Source: a virus | Taxonomy: Duplodnaviria > Heunggongvirae > Uroviricota > Caudoviricetes | Direction: 5' to 3' (one strand) | Virus record (IMG/VR): IMGVR_UViG_3300039208_000529 | Coordinates: 1-48,442 of that record | DNA: 48,442 nt | Shown here: piece by piece, positions 43,473 to 48,442 of the stretch | Layout: each line of letters begins with the position of its first letter | Position numbering within the stretch: the stretch's first letter is position 1 | Position numbers and translations under genes: made by a program | The notes under the pieces: generated by a model | Told to the model about the DNA's origin: nothing | Databases searched by the model: none | What the model saw: the letters and a program-made list of their open reading frames with translations, nothing else

Positions 43473-44501
43473 ATGGGATTAGAGCTTAAATTAAGATCAC
43501 TTATCAAGCTCAATATGAAGCTTTTTCTTGACATGCATATGTTGAGAGAAGGAACGTATATTAATATTCCCAGTTCTGGAACTTTGTTTTACGACGGAAG
43601 TGATATGAGCGTTTTACTTCCTGATACTAGTGCGGATGATTTGTTGTTTGGAGTCAGTGACGGGCAAGTTTGGCAATCACCATTTAGACAATGGGTTTAT
43701 GAATCTGGGGTGCCATTAGATGGAACCAATGTTCAAGTTGCTCCAATTGCATCTTCTGGTGTTATCGTTGAGGGTGCTTTTAGATCTACAGATGATCCTG
43801 TATATAGTCATACTTTAGATTTTATTAATGGTCGAGTTATTTTCGATTCTCCCCAGCCACTAGATTTAAAGGTGAATGGAGTGTTTTCTGCTCGTGAAGT
43901 TAGGACAGATTTTGAGCATGCATTTAATCAACAGCTTAGAACAGGATTCTTAGAAAGTAAGTATACAACAAATCCACTAACGTCGTTTCAGATCGTATAC
44001 CCATCTGGCCAAGCTCAACCATTTCCAGCAGTGTTTATTGAAGTAGACGATAGAAACTTTTCCGCCTATGAGCTTGGAAACAGAAGTGCTATTATTGAAG
44101 ATGTAATTAGGTTACATGTTTGGGCTCTAGATGATTTACAGAGAGATAATATAGTTGATATTTTAACTTCTCAATGGAGAAAACGTATTCCGGTAATTGA
44201 TTTTAATAAAGCACCACTGCCGTTATCGGGGATAAATAATACTTTATCGAATGAGTATGTTCCTTACCAACTTATGGTTAAAAATCCTACTTTAATTACA
44301 ACTGTAGGATCTGGTGTGCCAGTGCGTTATGTTGCTGATATTGATGAAGTTACGTCAATGAACATAGAGCCACATGAGGAGTTTGAGCGTTCTGTTGTTA
44401 ATTATAAAATAAAAGTTTATCTGAACGCACCGACTACTCCATTGGGTCATTTGTTTGGTCCGATTACTACATTGGGTACAATTGAGGACCCAGGGTTTTA
44501 A
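43473..44501 (+). CDS. Probable tail completion/terminator protein
   Basis: WQSPFRQWVYESG, QPFPAVFIE, YELGN, HVWA...RDNIVDIL; precedes the tail tube. Confidence 0.55.
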   Translation: MGLELKLRSLIKLNMKLFLDMHMLREGTYINIPSSGTLFYDGSDMSVLLPDTSADDLLFGVSDGQVWQSPFRQWVYESGVPLDGTNVQVAPIASSGVIVEGAFRSTDDPVYSHTLDFINGRVIFDSPQPLDLKVNGVFSAREVRTDFEHAFNQQLRTGFLESKYTTNPLTSFQIVYPSGQAQPFPAVFIEVDDRNFSAYELGNRSAIIEDVIRLHVWALDDLQRDNIVDILTSQWRKRIPVIDFNKAPLPLSGINNTLSNEYVPYQLMVKNPTLITTVGSGVPVRYVADIDEVTSMNIEPHEEFERSVVNYKIKVYLNAPTTPLGHLFGPITTLGTIEDPGF

Positions 44502-44510
44502 TAACAAATT

Positions 44511-44529
44511 TTAGTGTAATATTGAATGG
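44511..44529 (+). promoter_or_regulatory. Putative late promoter
   Basis: TTAGTGTA-N8-TGG upstream of the tail tube gene. Confidence 0.6.
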
Positions 44530-44576
44530 TATACCAATTTTTTTATGGCAGGCTTGTCTATTAAGAGGAGATAATC

Positions 44577-45992
44577 ATGGCCACTAATAATCGTGTCTTT
44601 TACGCAATTGAACAGATTGCGATTAAAGCTAACAGTGCTACGGCAACAGGTGACGTAGCTCCTGTTAATTCGCGTCACTATACCACTGGAAACCTCGCCT
44701 CTGGTGTGAACGAAGTTAATGGCCTATGGGAAGTTCCTCGTGGCCTTCAGAGTGCTGGTATGAGCACTACGTTCAACCTAGAGCAAGTGTTCCAAATCGG
44801 TCAAGTTGAGCTTTATGAATATTCAGAAAGACAGCCAGATATTGAAGTCACGCTTTCGAAAGCTATTGATGGTTCGAAGCCTCTGTTCTTCATGGTAACT
44901 GATTCTACTAAGGCTAACGATATTGTTGCACGTACAGCTGATTTCCGTATTGATGTTGCTATGCAAATTTATCCGGATACTCAATTCCGTGCGACGGGTA
45001 AGCCTCAGTCTATTGTTACTGCTTCTGGCATGTATGTTTCTAATATTGCATACACTTTCCCGATCGATGGTTTTGTGACAGAGGACGTTACTCTTGTTGG
45101 TAACGACAAAATTTGGGGAACTTTCGTTGCTGTGTCTGGACATACTGCTGGACATAATGCCGGTGCCGGTGGTGAGCCTTTGGTTGTATGGCCAGATGCT
45201 CAAGATGGAAGTAATCCTAATGCTCCTGAAGGAACTCCTTCTGGTGTATTTGGAAACGATGGACTAACTTCGACTCTTGTTGAAGGTGGTGCACAGGAAC
45301 TTGCTGGTGGTGCTGATAGATTCGGCGTTATCATCGTTGGTTCTGGTGTTCAACGTCGTGAAGAAGTTGATATTAGACGCTCGGTTCTTCCAAAAGATGT
45401 TCCGGGTATCATTGACTTTGCTTCATCTGGTATTGATGCAGCTTTTGTGAATGGTGGATTTGGTGCTCAAGGCCCAGGTACTGCCGCTGGTTTGAGTCAG
45501 CTTATTGGCAATGCTAATACTGACAATGTTGCTGAGCACATTCAAAACATTAATGTGGCAGTATCCCTAGCCCGCGACGATATCTTTGAGCTTGGATCCA
45601 AGCGTCCATTTGTGAAGGTAGTTAGCTTCCCAGTTGAGGTTACGGCTACTATTGAAGTTATCACTGCTCAGGGAGATCTTGTTGATGCAACCTCTGACAT
45701 TGATTGTGGTCCAGATAACACTACGGAATCTAACACAATCATTATGAGAACTTGTGACGGTTTGCAAGTCGACCTTGGTGATTCTAACAGATTGACTAGC
45801 GTTGAGCAGGGTGGTGGCGAAGCAGGTGGAGATAATATGACGATTACTTACAACTACTCGTCATTCAATACCTTCAATGTCTCGCACGATTTCTTTCAGC
45901 CGAACCATAGAATCTTGCTATTCGAAACAGGAAATAGCAGATTCAATGTTGGTGCCCCGCTATTCACGAGAAGCGTTCTAGGCATCTTCTAA
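44577..45992 (+). CDS. Major tail tube protein
   Basis: NNRVFYA, GLQSAGMSTTFNLEQVFQIGQ, TEDVTLVGNDK, R.DIFELG.KRP..K.V.FPVEV; strong RBS and terminator. Confidence 0.7.
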   Translation: MATNNRVFYAIEQIAIKANSATATGDVAPVNSRHYTTGNLASGVNEVNGLWEVPRGLQSAGMSTTFNLEQVFQIGQVELYEYSERQPDIEVTLSKAIDGSKPLFFMVTDSTKANDIVARTADFRIDVAMQIYPDTQFRATGKPQSIVTASGMYVSNIAYTFPIDGFVTEDVTLVGNDKIWGTFVAVSGHTAGHNAGAGGEPLVVWPDAQDGSNPNAPEGTPSGVFGNDGLTSTLVEGGAQELAGGADRFGVIIVGSGVQRREEVDIRRSVLPKDVPGIIDFASSGIDAAFVNGGFGAQGPGTAAGLSQLIGNANTDNVAEHIQNINVAVSLARDDIFELGSKRPFVKVVSFPVEVTATIEVITAQGDLVDATSDIDCGPDNTTESNTIIMRTCDGLQVDLGDSNRLTSVEQGGGEAGGDNMTITYNYSSFNTFNVSHDFFQPNHRILLFETGNSRFNVGAPLFTRSVLGIF

Positions 45993-45998
45993 ACTGAC

Positions 45999-46060
45999 GG
46001 ACGACATAGGCTGCGGCGAGAGTTGAGGAGGTCTCTCGCTGCGGCCTCGTCCCATTTTTT
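45999..46060 (+). terminator. Intrinsic terminator after the tail tube
   Basis: AGGCTGCGGCGAGAG...CTCTCGCTGCGGCCT followed by T6. Confidence 0.8.
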
Positions 46061-46079
46061 AGCCTCTTCGGATTTAGGT

Positions 46080-47297
46080 ATGTTAACGGTACAGGAAAAA
46101 ATTAGTTTATTATTGTGGGATAGGCGGTATATAAAAATCCCAAATGATATAGATGTCCCAAATGGCATCACAACTCTTGTCATGGTTGATCCTACTTTAG
46201 AAGACAAGAATTACTATTTACATGTTAAAGCATGTGAGGCTCAGGCTTGTAGTGAAATGGAAATTCCTGTGCCTACCGAAGAGGATGTATTTAGTTCTGC
46301 TCGCGAAGCTGGCTTTTGGACTGAGATGGACGACAAAGTTATCCAAGAGACTGATGAACACATTGAGTTTCTTGAATCTGAACTTGCTCGCCAGAAATTT
46401 CAAGCTAGAAAACGCAGCCTCAATCAGCAGATAGAACAAGCTAGAATTAAATACAATAGCGTCCTGCAAAAGAAGGAGAATCTTAAGCTAAACTCGGCGG
46501 AATATCTAGCCCACGAGCATGCTACCTTCTGCCTTTTACAGCGTATTGTCTATAACTTAGACGGAACATTATTCTGGCCAACAGAGCAGCAATTTGTGAG
46601 AGACAAGGAGAGATACCTTCCATTAGTAATTTATATTGCCCATGAGTTTTTGAACGAAGGAACTTGGAGTATAGCTGATATTCGTGAAGTTGCTCGCTCC
46701 GGCGAATGGAGAATATTATGGGCCTCTACTAAAGATAATTTGGTGACTCTTTTCAACAAGAATGTTGGAGCTTTAAATCTTAATCAGAAGATGTTGGTTT
46801 ACTGGAGTCGAGTTTATGATTCCGTATTTGAAGATCCGAATCGTCCAGACCAGGATGTTATTAGTGATGATGATTTATTAGATGAGTGGCTCGCCAATAG
46901 AGACTTGGATCGTGCTGAAAAAGAGAAGGATCTGGACGTGTCTAAACATAAAACAACAAAAGATCATCAGGAGCAAATGCAAGTTTTGGATGGATACTAT
47001 GTTGAGACATGTACTTGCGGGGCCTCTAATGTGAAAGTCAAAGGCTTAGGTGAAAAGCCGATGCATGCTGTTGACTGTCCTTATGGAACTTGGCGTAGGT
47101 ACACATTGCAAGAAAAGGAAGAACTTGCACGTCAAATATATGGAAGAAATACTAATAGGGTTCGTCAACTTATTAACAGTGAGCAAGATGCTGTTGAGTC
47201 AAAGGGGGTTATCGAGGAACATCATCTTAGACATAGAAAAAGTAATAGCCGAAAGATTTTGAATCCAGAGCAAAAAATTATTCCAATAAGACGATGA
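46080..47297 (+). CDS. Probable tail assembly chaperone-like protein
   Basis: Follows the tail tube; IREVARS.EWR, YDSVFE.P.RP...I.DDD.LD.W; ATG at 46080. Confidence 0.55.
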   Translation: MLTVQEKISLLLWDRRYIKIPNDIDVPNGITTLVMVDPTLEDKNYYLHVKACEAQACSEMEIPVPTEEDVFSSAREAGFWTEMDDKVIQETDEHIEFLESELARQKFQARKRSLNQQIEQARIKYNSVLQKKENLKLNSAEYLAHEHATFCLLQRIVYNLDGTLFWPTEQQFVRDKERYLPLVIYIAHEFLNEGTWSIADIREVARSGEWRILWASTKDNLVTLFNKNVGALNLNQKMLVYWSRVYDSVFEDPNRPDQDVISDDDLLDEWLANRDLDRAEKEKDLDVSKHKTTKDHQEQMQVLDGYYVETCTCGASNVKVKGLGEKPMHAVDCPYGTWRRYTLQEKEELARQIYGRNTNRVRQLINSEQDAVESKGVIEEHHLRHRKSNSRKILNPEQKIIPIRR

Positions 47298-47860
47298 GAC
47301 GAACAAGCAATTCTTCTAGAGATCAACTGATGCGTACTTCAGAACGCAGAATTAAACATTTGATGATTCAAACTCTTACCAAATTTGAGGATCGTTTTCC
47401 CCAAACTGACAATAGTAAGGCCGGGGAAATGTTTAAAGCAGAGCTAAGAACAGCTTTTAATGATGTTATTCGTGCTCAGCGTGACGAATTTCATGATTAC
47501 GACGTTGAGTATCGTCCGTTGAAAATGACTGACGATAATACATTAATTATGACTCAGACCTTTATGGGTACGGTTCAGAAGATTGAATTTGATATCAAAG
47601 GGAATGTTCCGTCTATGAGGGTTTATGCTGATTCCGCTTATAGAAAAGAACTTGATGCTGTTAGATCTGAGTTAGGAGCTGGAGTTTTATATAATATAGA
47701 TACGGCTTTGGTTCTAGAAATTGTTGGTACTGAATCATGTATAAATTGTGTACTTCCTCTAATGGATAAGTATAGATTACATGAAGGTGTTAGGAAAAAA
47801 TATTTACAGTGGCGAGATATCGTTGTTAAAACATATATAGGAGATAGGGATGTCGACTGA
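47294..47860 (+). CDS. Hypothetical protein
   Basis: ATGA overlap. Confidence 0.7.
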   Translation: MRRTSNSSRDQLMRTSERRIKHLMIQTLTKFEDRFPQTDNSKAGEMFKAELRTAFNDVIRAQRDEFHDYDVEYRPLKMTDDNTLIMTQTFMGTVQKIEFDIKGNVPSMRVYADSAYRKELDAVRSELGAGVLYNIDTALVLEIVGTESCINCVLPLMDKYRLHEGVRKKYLQWRDIVVKTYIGDRDVD

Positions 47861-48442
47861 GAGAGTTTTTAAGGCTGAAGATCGGTTTGGTGCCGAGATT
47901 GAGTTTGAGCTTTTTAGACCGGGATTGGCGGAAGAAGCTGAGGGTGAGCGTCAGTATAGAATTGCGTTTAGTAAAGCTTTAACTGAAGGGATTTTTCCCC
48001 GCGAGAAGATGGCGGAGGTTATGCGTCATCATATGATGTGGACGGATGATGATGATAAAAATATGAAAGCTGCTATAGCTAAAATTGCTATTATGCAAAT
48101 AGAGCTTGAGCAAGCTCAGACTGCTGGAAAGCAAGATGAATGTATCAAGTTGGCAAAAGAGATTAGTGATCAGCGAAATCGTATGTGGGAATTGTTTTTG
48201 ATTCAACAAAGTGTGTATATGAATTCTGCTGAAGGCGTCGCAGAGGCCATTAAGGCTGAGGCAATTATGGCAGCGTGTACGAAAATTAAAGCAACTGGCG
48301 AGAGGTATTGGAAGAGTTATTCGGAGTTTGTTAGTGAACGCGATGGGAACAGCAAATCTAGAGTATATGAAAAGGTGGTAGAGCTTCAGGGTAAATTGCT
48401 AGACGAGGTTAGAGAAGATCTTTTAAATCAATATCCCGAAAG
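47850..48442 (+). CDS. Hypothetical protein, truncated by the window end (possible tail assembly chaperone)
   Basis: MSTERVFKAEDRFGAEIEFELFRPG... open frame; GGAG RBS. Confidence 0.65.
   Translation, partial: MSTERVFKAEDRFGAEIEFELFRPGLAEEAEGERQYRIAFSKALTEGIFPREKMAEVMRHHMMWTDDDDKNMKAAIAKIAIMQIELEQAQTAGKQDECIKLAKEISDQRNRMWELFLIQQSVYMNSAEGVAEAIKAEAIMAACTKIKATGERYWKSYSEFVSERDGNSKSRVYEKVVELQGKLLDEVREDLLNQYPE

Noticed and set aside
26983-48209. Many minus-strand and alternate-frame ORFs in the structural block (and + strand ORFs within 9.7-26.4 kb)
   Set aside because: They overlap well-supported genes, lack RBS or motifs, and look like shadow ORFs
1-48442. Genome-wide stop-codon reassignment (suggested by the release factor)
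   Set aside because: Long genes are intact in code 11, and TGA, TAG and TAA all end genes, often in ATGA overlaps; UGA recoding looks site-specific
1-48442. CRISPR array, tRNA genes, integrase, transposase, introns or inteins
   Set aside because: No regularly spaced repeats, cloverleafs or diagnostic motifs seen by eye; terminase and capsid genes are uninterrupted
44577-48442. Tail sheath gene or canonical tail-chaperone frameshift
   Set aside because: No sheath-like gene next to the tube and no convincing slippery site identified; tail morphology cannot be settled from this window

Overview
This window is a 48-kb piece of a large tailed-phage (Caudoviricetes) genome in the standard genetic code. 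The host is probably a diderm bacterium with LPS, judged from lipoproteins and a PagL-like beta-barrel. It has three blocks. (1) 1-9.6 kb, + strand: an early or host-takeover region of small ORFs driven by sigma70-type promoters that share a 16-bp spacer. It encodes a SprT protease, a gp88-like protein, a bL12 C-terminal-domain protein and a kinase-like protein, and contains a ~430-nt pseudoknotted non-coding RNA candidate. (2) 9.7-26.4 kb, - strand: accessory genes including an AAA ATPase, a nucleotidyltransferase, SLOG/YspA, dCMP deaminase, IscA, IscU, GroES, Thg1, a release factor, a PagL-like protein and a metzincin lipoprotein. (3) 26.6 kb to the end, + strand: a sigma-like factor, two glycosyltransferases, an ERCC4 nuclease, terminase, portal, protease/scaffold, capsid, head-tail and tail-tube genes, with a recurring TTAGTGTA late-promoter motif. 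The two strongest discoveries are UGA recoding events that the ORF track misses. First, an RF1-type (PxT) release factor can only be made in full through a prfB-style +1 frameshift cassette (AGGAGA-TGT-CTT-TGA). Second, a candidate phage selenoprotein has an in-frame UGA in CDYTGWD-U-MAGG followed by a hairpin that fits the bacterial SECIS consensus. All calls come from manual reading; no database searches were run.
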